Of a stretch of DNA of 64,000 nt, positions 12,147-26,000 are shown piece after piece. The notes beneath the pieces were generated by a model, which saw only the letters and a list, made by a program, of their open reading frames with translations, did no database searches and was not told where the DNA came from. The DNA lies in NCBI RefSeq assembly GCF_964204645.1, contig NC_134027.1, forward strand, positions 5,488,485 to 5,552,484, in the 5' to 3' direction. The stretch is from Tubulanus polymorphus (lineage: Eukaryota; Animalia; Nemertea). Made by a program: the position numbers and the translations under genes. The first letter of the stretch is position 1. Each line of letters begins with the position of its first letter.

Positions 12147-13652
12147 TATGGTGGCTGATAAGGGCCATAGCGTAAAATTCCTGGTATGTAAATGAGGGCG
12201 CCAGAACGCCAGAACGCCAAAACGAAAAAAAACGTCCAATTTTCTCTAAAAGTTCGTTTTGGCGCGCCAAAACAAAGAAAATTCCGTTTTGGCGCCCCCG
12301 CCAAAACGAACTTTCATTTTGGCGCCCCCGCCAAAACGAACTTTCGTTTTGGCGCCCCCGCCAAAACAACGAAAAACGTCCAATTTTCTCTAAAAGTTCG
12401 TTTTGGCGCGCCAAAACAAAGAAAATTCCGTTTTGGCGCCCCCGCCAAAACGAACTTTCATTTTGGCGCCCCCGCCAAAACGAACTTTCGTTTTGGCGCC
12501 CCCGCCAAAACAACGAAAAACGTCGAAATTTCTCTAAAAGTTCGTTTTGGCGCGCCAAAACGGAGAATATTCCGTTTTGGCGCCCCCGCCAAAACGAACT
12601 TTCATTTTGGCGCCCCCGCCAAAACGAACTTTCGTTTTGGCGCCCCCGCCAAAACAACGAAAAACGTCCAATTTTCTCTAAAAGTTCGTTTTGGCGCGCC
12701 AAAACAAAGAAAAGTTCGTTTTGGCGCGGTTATTTCCGTTTTGGCGCCCCCGCCAAAACAAGCATTCAACCACAGTAAAATTATTTTTCAAATTGGCGCG
12801 TTGATCTTGTGTGTAATTTGCATAAATTTGCATAAATGAAAATATTTTACGTATATATAGAATTATTTTACGTGGTTTAAAGTTCGTATTGGCGGGGGCG
12901 CCAAAACGAAGGTTCGTTTTGGCGGGGGCGCCAAAACGGAATATTCGTTGTTTTGGCGCGCCAAAACGAACTTTCAGAGAAAATTGGACGTTTTTCGTTG
13001 TTTTGGCGGGGGCGCCAAAACCAAAGTTCGTTTTGGCGGGGGCGCCAAAATGAAAGTTCGTTTTGGCGGGGGCGCCAAAACGGAATATTCTCCGTTTTGG
13101 CGCGCCAAAACGAACTTTTAGAGAAAATTGGACGTTTTTCGTTGTTTTGGCGGGGGCGCCAAAACGAAAGTTCGTTTTGGCGGGGGCGCCAAAATGAAAG
13201 TTCGTTTTGGCGGGGGCGCCAAAACGGAATTTTCTTTGTTTTGGCGCGCCAAAACGAACTTTTAGAGAAAATTGGACGTTTTTCGTTGTTTTGGCGGGGG
13301 CGCCAAAACCAAAGTTCGTTTTGGCGGGGACGCCAAAATGAAAGTTCGTTTTGGCGGGGGCGCCAAAACGGAATATTCTCCGTTTTGGCGCGCCAAAACG
13401 AACTTTTAGAGAAAATTGGACGTTTTTCGTTGTTTTGTCGGGGGCGCCAAAACGAAAGTTCGTTTTGGCGGGGGCGCCAAAATGAAAGTTCGTTTTGGCG
13501 GGGGCGCCAAAACGGAATTTTCTTTGTTTTGGCGCGCCAAAACGAACTTTTAGAGAAAATTGGACGTTTTTTTTCGTTTTGGCGTTCTGGCGTTCTGGCG
13601 CCCTCATTTACATACCAGGAATTTTACGCTATGGCCCTTATCAGCCACCATA
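12147..13652. mobile_element. Foldback non-autonomous DNA transposon, IS3EU-like termini, internal minisatellite arms
   Basis: Termini TATGGTGGCTGATAAGGGCC...GGCCCTTATCAGCCACCATA; direct repeat TCGACT at 12141-12146 and 13653-13658. Near-perfect inverted arms (about 12147-12760 and 12880-13652) flank an AT-rich spacer; no transposase. Confidence 0.9.
12225..13580. repeat. 144-bp higher-order minisatellite of ~30-bp TTTTGGCG..CGCCAAAA units, in two inverted arrays
   Basis: Anchor CGTC recurs at 12233, 12377, 12521, 12665 (period 144), with inverted copies in the right arm. Each period has one TTTTGGCGCGCCAAAA and three TTTTGGCGCCCCCGCCAAAA cores. Confidence 0.92.
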
Positions 13653-16600
13653 TCGACTAGATACGAAAACCGAATTTGGCCCTGACTGCGTTGCGGTGGA
13701 TGCGTGACTGAACTTGTGCATCCTTTTATTTGCGCCCGATAAGCTACGGCAATCTAACACATTTGAGTATCAAAATAATAGCAAATTTCAAAACAAATGT
13801 TTAGTGCAACAATGATTGATACGCGATAGATCTCAAGTCATTGCAATGATCCAGGATAAGAGGATCTTCCATATCTGGGAAAACATTGCCTGTTCACTGT
13901 GAATCAAAAAAGTTTACATTGGAAAATGTCTATCAAGATTTGTTTGGGCTGATATTTCAGCCGCCGTTCAACACTTAAGGGGGAGGGGGTAACCATTCGA
14001 ACTCCTTTGGAATCTCCATTTACCGATCCTTGCATTCATGTTTTTCATCTTTCGCTTGGCTCTACCAAAGACAACATTTCGCACACGGGTATTACGGCTT
14101 TATATAAAGCCGTGCGCCATTACTGTATAACTCTATAACTCCGCTCAGACGCATGGCCGTCAGTGCAAAAATGACAACTGCGATTTGATTTGATTTGATT
14201 TGTGCAGCAATGACTTTATGATTCAATAATTCGAAAGACCTGAAAATCCGGTGAGTAATTCGTTTCCATATAAAAAGTGCAAGGAAATACCACTTGATCG
14301 AACAGATAAATACAGGTAGAAATGTTATATCGAATCACAGCAATATAATCTCCAAAGAGAAAGATGATGGCAAATATCCAAGTGTCAGTTGCTCAAAAGT
14401 TGGACTGGTGGATGAAGTACCACGGTTACGATGCAATTTCAATAGTCACTGAGGCATTTATCCACCAAGCAACTGGTTTCATTTCAACTGGTTAGAGCCA
14501 CATTGTCTAGTTAGACTCAGGCAAAAAGGACTTGGCTAAAACTCTATATGTTGGATTTTTATTCATATCCATAAGAAAAAATGAATATGTATTGATTATC
14601 TGCTGTTAGTTGAATTGATTATCGAATTCTAATAGTCGGAATACTGACACTCAATGTTAAAAAACAAATTCTTATTAAATTCGCACCTGCGTACATAAGT
14701 GCACCATGCGAGCAAGCACGAATTAAAGGTCAGAATTAACAGAGACGTAACTTGCAATTACGAGCTGGCAAAGTAACGCTCTTTGTCACGTGGTAGCACT
14801 TTGGGAATGCTGTGATAATCGTACTTATGCGCAATTTTCCCTCCAAACTCTGCAATGTGCGTTAAAAGCGTGTGATGAGTCTCTCTGTGAGTAGGGCTGT
14901 GTAGGTAAAACGTTAGCGGTAGAATCTTCGTTCGACTCGGCTGATTTACCTCAATCACAAGTGACGTGTAAAAGGAATTTCCAAATCCCACAACGAACGA
15001 AGGTGTCTTAGAAATCACGCTCTAAAATACGCGATCACGTGAAATGCGGTCGTTAAGATTAATATGATATTTAACGGCCATGTTCCATCGGAAATTGAAA
15101 AGAAATGAAAGTTAGATAATCGTATCCGTCTAAAAACCTATAAACGAGGACAAATTTGAATGACGGTCAAATATTATTAGACTGAGATATGATTGCGTGT
15201 CGGGGAAATGGGATTTTTACATTATTCATTAGCAAATTTAAGTTCTTTTGTGAAGGACGATTTCTCATTCCTGTTCATCAGCGAGTTTATCAGCAAATAG
15301 AAAATTTAGAATCGTGCGGACCAATTTCCGAGATGTTTTCAGCCACTTGTACACGCACAGTGTTCGCGGTTTTGAAAGCGTTGATGTATGCTTAAACAAT
15401 TGAAGATGCTTTTTTTCCAACTTTGCACAAAAGAAGACACGTCACATTTCATACAGCAGCACAGACCGAAGACGTATTAGGATGATATCTCGCGATCTTC
15501 AAAACGTTTGTAGAATTATCCATACAGCCGCCGCTATTTGATATTTGAAGAAACACACAAGTTACGTGAAGCCGATTTGACGTTTTGCACCGTGATATGA
15601 CTGGCTGCTAGAACTATGGCATGTGGGAGATTTAAGACATTATGCATGAGGTTATCAGAATTAATTGAGAAATGTGGAACCAACCTGGTTCAGCTCTTTG
15701 ATAACCTGGATCGGTAAATGGAACCTACAATCCTCACCGTGATGGAAGTTCTATACATCACCAACATCTGTTGATTCCCTGATACTGATTTACGTTGTTT
15801 TTTCATATTATACACACTTTAGATTAGGCCCATAAAATAAAAAAGCAATATCACAGGGTTAAGGTCTTATCGATAGTTAATTCCAAAATCACCAAGAGAA
15901 TTCCCAATGCACATTTCTGGCATCAAGACACTGCCCTTTTAGCTTTTTAAGCTAACGTTGAGTGCAGATACATTTTTCCTTACACATCTTCAGGCACCGA
16001 CCCGTAGTGACGGTGATACGAGAATCTCTTGATTGTAATTGGTATTTCGTAAATGTTTCATTAATCAAGCTGTTTTTGAACCTCGATAGTAGGTTTCAAT
16101 TTATGACCACGAAATTGCTAGTCTGCTCGTTATCATCTTATTCAGCCGTTCAGCTACACTAATGAACGAGTTGCATAAGAACGACTTTTTCGAATTTTTT
16201 TTTCCAGATTTAAAATGGATGAAATTCGAATCACCCTGGATAGCCTCTCAGCGTTATTGATGAATAGATTATTCTATAATTATTTGTGAAATGGTTATAA
16301 ATAAGGGGAGTTAAGAATATAGAATAGTCAATAAATAATGAAATATACACATCGCGATCCTACTAAAGTTTTATCACCAGTGTCTTTGATCTAGATATCT
16401 CTGGGCCATCGTCTTCACTTTTCAGATGAAACGAATTTTCATACGATTCAAGTTAGTTTTGTCAATAATCGATAATGGTTCTGAATTTCAAAATAAAGTG
16501 ACAAAAGTTTGTTGGATTAAAGGTAAATGTCATTCTTTGAAAATCTGAGCAAAAGAGGTGAAACTTGGTGTAGATCGAACTGAGATGATGCACCGATGAA

Positions 16601-16853
16601 CCGTAATAGTTCGATAGAATTCGCGCACGACGAATATTCTAAATTTAAAAATTGATCAAATGGGAAATGAATAGAGACGCGTTTCCTTCAAGAATATTCC
16701 GTTGTTTATATAACTCACTTTACCATCAGTTTTTCTTTGGTTCTACGTGTGTACTTTGATAGAGCATAAATGTTGTTCATTGACGTACATTTTGCCCCAA
16801 GCTAATGGCCCTTATGAGACGAGAAGATCCACAATATTCGTGTATGATGGATA

Positions 16854-17003
16854 ACGAGAGAAATCCCACAATAAATTCAGCCAAAAATGAAAAGTTCTAT
16901 ATTAAAATGATTATATTTCGAGCAACGTTTTGGCTAAATACGTATTTAGCCGAAACGTTGCACTTTTCATTTTTCGCTGAATATATTGTGGGATTTCTCT
17001 CGT
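16854..17003. repeat. Inverted-repeat element (possible Penelope-like terminal remnant or MITE)
   Basis: ACGAGAGAAATCCCACAATA..TTCAGC..AAAATGAAAAG is inverted at the right end; inner palindrome CAACGTTTTGGCTAAATACGTATTTAGCCGAAACGTTG. Confidence 0.7.
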
Positions 17004-20000
17004 GACCCTTCTTATGGTTCTGGGTTTTTGGAACCAAGTCGTTCCATTTTCATGTGTACATATGTGCGATACGAAACATTTCAATACATCATCTTGGAAT
17101 TTCAGTAGCCTATATATAGTTATATCTCTGTCGTGAATCATGTTTTTATAAATAGTTACCGAGATTATCACATAATGCTGTCTACATCAGTTTCAGACAG
17201 ATTTCTTAAAATTTCTGTCTGGATCATTAAATATTTACGAAACAGAACCGTTGATAAATACATGTTTTTACACAGTCATCAAATATCAGCACCTCCATCA
17301 CCGACAGTATCAACTATTCTAAATATGAATTAGTTAGTTCGCACGCATCCTTAACAAAACCTTTTCTTAGGAAACTTAAATCCATGTTTTGTTTGTTTTT
17401 AGGTCAATTTTAAATTTATTTTTGCAACATTGATCAAGTTTTGGTTCGTGGCACTTCTTCATCAAACTTGATGACATGAATCCGTTATTGTCTGTACTAT
17501 TGGTTCAGTGAAGTGGAAAAGCAGTTCTTGACCGATGCTGTACATGGCATTTGCAATAACCATAATCATAATTCGAGTTATTCATGTATTCATCGATACA
17601 CCAGAAAGTTTGCGTGAAGTGGAAGTGTTCCATTTTTTCGACGTTGTTTAGACGTGGATTATCAAAACAGTTATTTATCCAGCACTTTTCGCTTGATGGA
17701 AACTGTGTATTGCCTTACTTGATCAAAGAAAAACATGACATTATAAACTAAAACATTATCCGTAGAAATTATACATTAGATGTATATAAGTAAGAAACAA
17801 TCTCATTGTTACAGTATAAACATCGATGAACTACTTATTCATTATTCTATACATTGATATGAATACATATTAACAGTGTGATTGTGTGATTCCGGAGAAT
17901 TGAATCATAGGTTTTCTATACTGATATACAAACATTTCTCCGGACAGAACCTTCGAATTATTACTTTTTGCTTCGGTGTGTATTGATTACCCGTTCACAC
18001 TTGGAAATTGGGCAATTTTCTCATCATCGATGTCGGTGTATATTGACATTATATTGGCCCTGCGAACATTGATAAGTGTTTCGAATGACGTGGTTAGACT
18101 GATAAGCTGTCGTGGGTTCAATAGATTTTTATCGTCAAATATGGTTTTTCAGCAGGTCACAGCCATACTATTCCAATTGATCGCATAAATGGTAGATATA
18201 GCCCTCTCCGGAGGATTGCTTAGTAATATTCTGATGTTTCAATACTGAAAACCATCCAAACTAAGACATCTATCACTATCAAATCTATACGACGAAGCCT
18301 CTGTCCCCATTTTTTACGGATGAAAAACCTGAACAGTTATTATGGAATAATCCCGTTCAAAAATACTTTCCCTACTGAAGATGAATACTCTCTAAAACAA
18401 GCTATGATCATAACCTCCGTATTTTAAGTATGGGCTTTTAGTATGATCAATGCTTGTTTGTTGGATAGCTAGAAGAAATACAGACCATTCCCCCCATTCC
18501 CCCGCCATTGCCTCCAGTATGAAAGCAATTATGATGGCATCTCGTCTTGGAAAATCACGCCCTTTCTTTCGTTATATAGCCGATAATTGCCGTGATCTAT
18601 TCTCAGAAAGTGAAGGGAATGCAAAAAACAATGTCGTTGAATTATCTGCGGTGTCACTGGGATGAAACAGATGGAAATTATGGGAATTTACTGTTCGCAA
18701 GGTTTCTAAAAAATATTCATCTCGTTTATGTCCGAATGCTTTATCTAAACACAGCCTCATCAGTGATCTCATATGTCTAACTTTTTATTTGGCCACCTCC
18801 ATATCAGCAACATCCATATAGAAAGAACGATGACAACATTACGGGAAAATTGGCGTTGGCACATTTGATTCCATCTTCGTTAAGGCGAATGGCTGTTCGT
18901 CATAAAGAAAACGCTGAAGACAAATCAAAATAAATTGGTATTTTATTACTCGGAATACCGATTCTTCTGAACGTGTGATATTGTAAAACATACATACCGA
19001 GGAATACAATTAATATACATTGAGAACCTACTTATCGATGAATTCATTAATGAACGTCACGTATTCATTGAACGAATTGAAACCGAACACAGAATCTTTA
19101 TATTGGTGACATCGAGGAGGATTATTCTAAGAAGACACGACCAAACCACGTTTTCTTAAGCTGAACACAAATGTTTATTACTAAATACTACCTATCGAAG
19201 AGGATATCGATTCAAACTTTTGTCTATACTTCATTTGTCTTAATTGAATGTTCTAAGAGCCGATAAGGAATTTAGTGGGTTTGACATCGTTGAAACTCTT
19301 TATAAAACCATCGCGATTTGAGTTATGTACATTAAATGTGGATCCTTCAAAAAGAAGATTTCCTACTGACGTCACGTTCGTTCACTTCGTTTACTTTATT
19401 ATCACCAGGTAGCCGTCTACCAGTCCTACAATAGAATACGACGATCTTTAATTATCGGAAGTTCAGGTATAGTACCTGAGAAATACGTGCTGTGATACAA
19501 ATTGCTTGTGCAAACATGCATTAAGGGTTATTTCATGAAAATGTAAAAACTGTGCGGATATCATAAGAACATACGTATACGAATATAGATCATTATTAAA
19601 GTGTAAAAAGGTGCAGAAAAGCATGCAATAGAATATATTTCGATATTCGCCGTTAACGTGGTTTTATTCAACCGTAAAACTCACCCCACGCAATTCAATT
19701 TGAATTGTATTCCAGTCTTCCGCAAGATACCGCAGTGCTCTGTGTGTGACAACGTTTTAACCAAATCGCATTACTGTAAATGCAATCCAAATGAGGTCCA
19801 TCGATTGAAGGTCGGAAACGAACTGGGAGTATATCTCGCTTTCTGGGCAATTATTATGCGTTCTCATCGCACCATTTTGGAAAAAAGTGCGTAAAATAAC
19901 TAAAGATCGTCTTTTCCTTAAAGGATCGTAGGGCAATACGATTGTAGAATAGATAAAAAGCTTATAATCGGCAAATGCAAAACCATGCATGTTGTGTGTT

Positions 20001-23000
20001 CTCTATTCACCTTCGAGCAAAGTAACAACTGTCGCATTATGGCATCGGTATGCAATCAGTATTATTACGTTTAGTCGGAAAAAATAACGTGACGATGAAT
20101 TATATTTCAAGAAATACTCAATCATTAACCAAGACCTACATTTTGAGTTCAATAAACGTTTGGAGCGTTTTGAAATTCTTCCATTGACCTTGGCAATATT
20201 ACTCCTCCGTCGCTACAGATGGAAAGAATAGATCGAGTAAAGATTGCGTGGAAAATTAAATGTTTCCGATTTAATATGAAACGAGACTAGATAGAGACGT
20301 GTTGTTCAACACGGCCGGCAAAAACGCTGTTAGCTGTTCGAGTTAATTTCAATTAAAGCGACACTGACACACGCAATTAAACGGAAATAACGTCGAGATT
20401 ATTCTATGTTTTGTCCCATAAATGCCTACGGATCGGGAGTCGGGTTGATTAAAACAGCCGCCGGCTATTTCTAATGTAGCATCGTCATTCGAGTACTGAT
20501 TTATGAGCCGCCTTGTTTGCTATAGATCAGTTTGAATTCGACCGGTTTCATTCGGCTGCGACTGCGCGAGGCGTGTGCGCATGTGCGTGCGAAAAACTTC
20601 ACACCCAATTCCGAGTTACAACGACGAAATTTGAACATCGGACAAGTACGTTCATCGGAAAACTATAAGATGTTGCATAACGATAGCACATTTTTTTCGA
20701 ATGAAATTGCTTGGAATGATTTGAAATGGTTGATATGACGGAATAGAACTCGACATTTCACTACTATCACACACACTCATCACAAATGTAGCTAGCCCGA
20801 GTGTTATCATAGCTTGCCCTTTTGGAGGTCATGTTATTTCAGTATTCCCCTCTTAACCCTTTTTAAGGAGAAAAATATTCGCAACTCGACGCATTCGGTG
20901 ACTTTAATTTGTTCTGTATATTTAGCCAATTGAATCAGAGTGATGACAGTGAAGTGTTAATGAAGTTAACTAGACTAATGGTACTTTGTTCATCTGTCTT
21001 GGGCCAACACGATACGTTTTGGAATCCTTAGCTGCGACACAAATTCAAAACGAGTCACGATTTTGATTCAACCCGATCTAATTTGATATAATTTACTGTC
21101 TGTTTTGATACGCAACAGCTTAAAAAACTTTGATATTTATAAATTACCCGCGTTACGTTGGTGCTAATTAACGAATCTACGTGATTGAACAGTAATGAAC
21201 GAATTAGAATTTTAAATGATTTCGTTGAAAGATAAAAACATTTGTCAACACATTATCCTAACATTTCTTTACACGCGATGTCATTGAAAATGTCAATACG
21301 TCTGAACCAGAAGATGATGTTTTATGTTTGCCAATGTTTATCGTTGAATGAAACACATTAAACACGCTATGTCCTTCGTGTCGACGGTAAACGCAGGACT
21401 GAAACTGAGTCATGGACATGAGATGAAATAAGATTTTATACCGAAACCAACTTAAGTTTCACTTTAGAACAAATTGTGATTGGTTTCGACTCTTATCACA
21501 AACGTTTCGATATCATACAAATATATTGTTTGTAGTCATCGTTTAGAAATGTATATTTCATGACCAACGGCGGACGGAGTCAATGGAAGGTTATGAATGG
21601 TTTTATATAATTACATGCATTAATTCATCGGTAGACTTTATGGCGCGTAAGAATCGTTGATAGTTTAAATAATACAAAAGTGAACATTAAGCAGAAGTCA
21701 CGGATTTCGTGATGAAATTTAATCCGCTGTCAGGGTTAATTCCCTTGAGTCGAGCAATAGCCGTTTGAAGTTTCAATAGAAAATAATTGATCATGTATAG
21801 CATAACCACTTCTCGAAATGGATTAATGAGTTTGCGTATAGTTATCGTTGTTCTCCGTGTAACTATTGCTCGATAATTAAATCAAATCACGTTTTCCTTG
21901 GTCGAAATTTAACATTTGCGGCAAATTAAACATTCATCGTCCACACAGAAAATGGCAGAATGGAATTTGCCGGAACACGCAGTATCACTCTACTGCGGTG
22001 AAAGAAAAAAGTGTTGTAAAGTTTGTTGAATATTCGTCTCAATGTTCAATAAGATGCTACGAATATATAAAGCACTTAGTTTCTAGACTGTATTGACACT
22101 GCTTAATCTCTATTCTAGTCACATATGAATACGTAATAGCAAACTGCAGAAATGTATTTTGATATAGTGCGGAGGGAGCTATTGGAGACATACAATTTGA
22201 CATCATCAATATGCGTTCTTTTCTCTAGTAGCGCAACTTTCTTTGTCTTTCTGTTTAAAATGCATAGTAAAACTTCCCCAGTATAAGTGCACATTTCATG
22301 TTTACCTTCTTCGGCAGTTATGACAATGCCACGCAACGGATCGAACGTCCTTAAGACTTAGATTCCAAAGTCTCATACTCGCATCTGTCTATTACAAAGT
22401 AAATACATCTTCTACATCAGGCAAACATTGCAAGTGCGAATCTTGAAGGACTGTTTAAATGTGTGCACAACCTTCCGTGGCCTTAATTTTCAGCCACTCT
22501 TAATTCAAGGGATGTTTGAGGGTTCATCTTTAAAGATGACCTTTTTATTTCCATATGGGCTGATAGTATACCGTATTCGTAATTTTGACCCAGACACTAC
22601 AATGAATATGGTTAGTGGCAGTGTAATATCTTTCATGTGACTGTCATTGTCTGAAATCTGAAAAGCACAATGTATCTTGATGTACGTATCCTTTCTCGAT
22701 GCGACACTTAACTGACAGTCCCCATTATTAAAGTAACATTATCGCGGTGGAGAATAATAAGATCTTTATCCATCGTCCGAAAGACTGAGTTGGCGGTGCT
22801 GCTAACGTGCGCGGAAACTGAAGAAAATGGGATTCCGTAACAAATTGGTCGTTGACAGGTGTCGTTGCCTCGGCCATTTCGAGATTTCACACGCTAATGT
22901 CTCGGCATAAAAACTGCCGTCGTTTGTCTCGCGTATAAAAATATCGTGTTGTCCATCGTTGAGTTCACAGATGTGACAGATATTCATAGTAAGATAATGC

Positions 23001-26000
23001 CAAAACCATTTAAGAACGGACTCCGTGACTGGGTTATGATATGATTTAGTAATCTAATAATGCCCATATCAGAACTTATAATTTGGTAATAGACTTTCTG
23101 CCGCTATGGCCACGGACATATCATCGCAAAATCAAATGAAAAACGATTGTATAACATAAATTTTCACGGGACATAGGATAATATATTGTTGTCGTTGACG
23201 GCTGATCCGGCCATCACTCAACGTATAAAAAGATGCCACGAAAATCCTTTGAGAATTGGGGACGAAGAGATGAAAAAATACAAAGATTCGCCTCAGTTAG
23301 TCTGTGCGTAACTTTGTTGACCCCTATCAGTTTCTCATATACCCCACAGGGATACGAACCCCATAACCGCACGCCGTTTTCTCCGCGCAAAAAGACGACG
23401 AAGCGACGTTCATGACACAACGATGTTCAAGTTTAACGAGCGAATTCAAATTCATGATATGGAAAACATATCCAAACGAATTCACTGTGATATAAAAGCG
23501 CTCGAGGTGTTGCGATGAGGTGCGTGTCGTTGACAAATTGTTTCCGTACTAAAATTGCATTAAGTCTCGCATCGAACATTTTATTAATGATGTAATTATT
23601 GTTTATGATTGACATTTTGCGATTCGAACTAAGATGCTCATCTGAATTATTAATTTATGAATTCGCTTTTAATTTCCATGTCTTGTCGATAACTTTTGCA
23701 CTTTCAAACATATTGATAATACTTGTTCTGGCTTTCTTATTTGCAGATGTTTGATTGAATTAGACGAGGATTAATCAATTTAGAATATGGAATCATAAAC
23801 GAGTATCAATAGTGCCTTATACAAATCCTGATTAGCGAATGAGTTCATAAATAGACAAATATCGGAGAGAAGTGGTTTTCAGGCATTTGATGTAATTCAA
23901 TATACCGTGATTAGTAAGTTTAGTTTCTGACACTGAACTCATTGATTACCTCACAGCGAAATTCTCCAGGTACCGATCCGTATCTGTGGCCACCGATATA
24001 TGGTGTTATGTCAGTTATATGACTCGATAACCGAATCATTAATTAACATTTCATCGGTGGCATTCATTCTTTCATGAAGTCTGAAGAAACCAAGTTGATG
24101 GATGGGAGTATACGCGACTGCGCTTAATATGTTATTATTCTGTACTATTTGAGATATAAGCAAAATAGTTATCAACTAAATTTAAAAGATGGAGAAAATA
24201 TGCGTAAGAAGATACATTTAGTTTTTGCTGCTCTTCTGCACGTAATAATAGCTTGTCTGTAATTCTAATGAGCTAGGTGTATTGGTGTAAATATACTCCT
24301 ACCTGGGGATGTAAAAAGTTGCGTTTTGTTACTTGAAATTCGATCATATCGACTTGCCGTCTGTGGAGGTATTTTCCGCATCGACGGACCTCTGTGGTTA
24401 CAATGCGTTTCCGCTCAAATGCTAATACCGGAAGTAGAGTCCCCAAGGGGTCTGTAGGAAGATCTTGCTCACCACGCACCAGTCTATAGAATGCTATATC
24501 AAATCGATAATGACATACTGATGAAGCCTGCCGATTTCTTTTATTACCGAATAACCTGGACTATGCTTTTACGGTTTCATAAAGTTTTCAACTTTAAGAA
24601 AACTACTCGATCGATTAACTATCTGTAGGTTAGAAGAAGTGGGCATAGCTTGAAAATAAATCCGTCTATTATGATAACCTTTAGTTGACTATATGAGATA
24701 TGTCCCTATAGGATCTTTTTTTTAGAATTTCAATGGGAAAAAGAATGTAATGCATATGATATCAAAACTGTATATCTATAGCGATGAAAGGTTTATCCTG
24801 CGATAAGTACTTCGTCGCTGCTTGGCTTAAGTCGCCTTTTATTAACTTCTGTTTCCACCGCGTGTGACATTTACCTGGTATATTCAATAGTCCATTAGTG
24901 GAATATTCAGCCTCTCTAGAGATGAATTCAATAGACTCGATATCATGGTATCAGTGAATATCCTCAAAGCCTTACTGTTATTAATGACTGCGTGCAAAGT
25001 GCAAAAAATGACCTGCAGAATTTGTATGTGGAGTCCGGTTGCTAGCGAATATAAAAAAAGTAAGAGGTTGAATATTTCCTGCCTAAACAATAACCACAGA
25101 ACGAATTAACTTGCAATCTTCCCGGCGTCGGAAATATCACTTGTCAATACAAGCTTTTAAGTGTGCAATCTAGTGTATATGAAGGTACTAATGCTAAATG
25201 TACATTCGCCAAACTAGTTCCATCTACGAATTTACCAAAGCTTAAACTACTTTCGACGCATTCCTCTAGGAGGGGCTCAGATGATGATCGATTTCTAATT
25301 GACACGAGAAATTAATTACGAGTCCTCTCAGCAGTTGATGATAAATGGCATTATAGCAGTTATGAATGAGTCGTTCGCCGATTTTAACTCATATTCATTT
25401 TCAAAACGTCTTTTGTGAGCAACAAGATGAAATAACTCTATAGAAAACAACACGCAAATGATCTTTACAAATCATCTATGGATGCACTGATATATGTATA
25501 GAAAGATATCAACCCAACCCTGAAACATTTTTTCTTCAATCATCTCCGAAAGAAAGTGAACTACATTACTGTAACATTCTTTAAAAATTCATGATATAAT
25601 CGGGAATTGACTAATCTTTTATTTTTTATTTGTATATTTCAACCTGCGTACACATCATGTTTCTATGCATTTTCCCGCGAAAGGCATTCGATTAAAGATA
25701 ATTTCTGCGTAATCTAATGGATAAAGATAAAAGCCCTCTTCGTAATTGCATCCGGAAATGTTCATAACGTTTTAAGGTTTTTTATTTGAAATTACGTTTG
25801 TTGACTCCTTCCTCCAAATGGCTCAGACAGATATCTCGAATTCATCTTACAATTAGTAAAAAAATGAACGATGCCAACTATCAAAAGTTAGTGCTCGAGC
25901 TTTATCCCGAGAGTATTGTTGCTATTACGGGGATATCAATTCTCGATGGGCCTTTATCTAGACTAAAAGCTATTTCTGAGTCAAAACAAAAATTAATCTA

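Larger units (their letters stand above)
12019..13684. mobile_element. Older MITE (about 155 bp when reconstructed) interrupted by the foldback element
   Basis: Left GGCCACCTTCGGTTTTC and right GAAAACCGAATTTGGCC are imperfect inverted repeats. Removing 12147-13658 restores a short palindromic element containing CTAGTCGACTAG. Confidence 0.7.

Noticed and set aside
12151-12166. CTGATAAGGGC, identical to the 3' half of miR-184
   Set aside because: No seed match or pre-miRNA hairpin; it is part of the transposon TIR.
12225-13580. CRISPR-like array of palindromic repeats
   Set aside because: Spacers are 10-34 bp and themselves repeated, the context is eukaryotic, and there are no cas genes.
12124-13707. 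Long repetitive ORFs (FGAPAKTNF / FWRGRQNE repeats, 192-309 aa) on both strands
   Set aside because: By-products of a stop-poor minisatellite with 30- and 144-bp periods, mirrored on both strands by the palindrome; no splice or domain support.
17985-18800. Coding-like minus-strand stretch with a long frame broken by a few stops
   Set aside because: No recognisable motif or splice structure; possibly a decayed transposon or pseudogene, but not supportable without tBLASTx.
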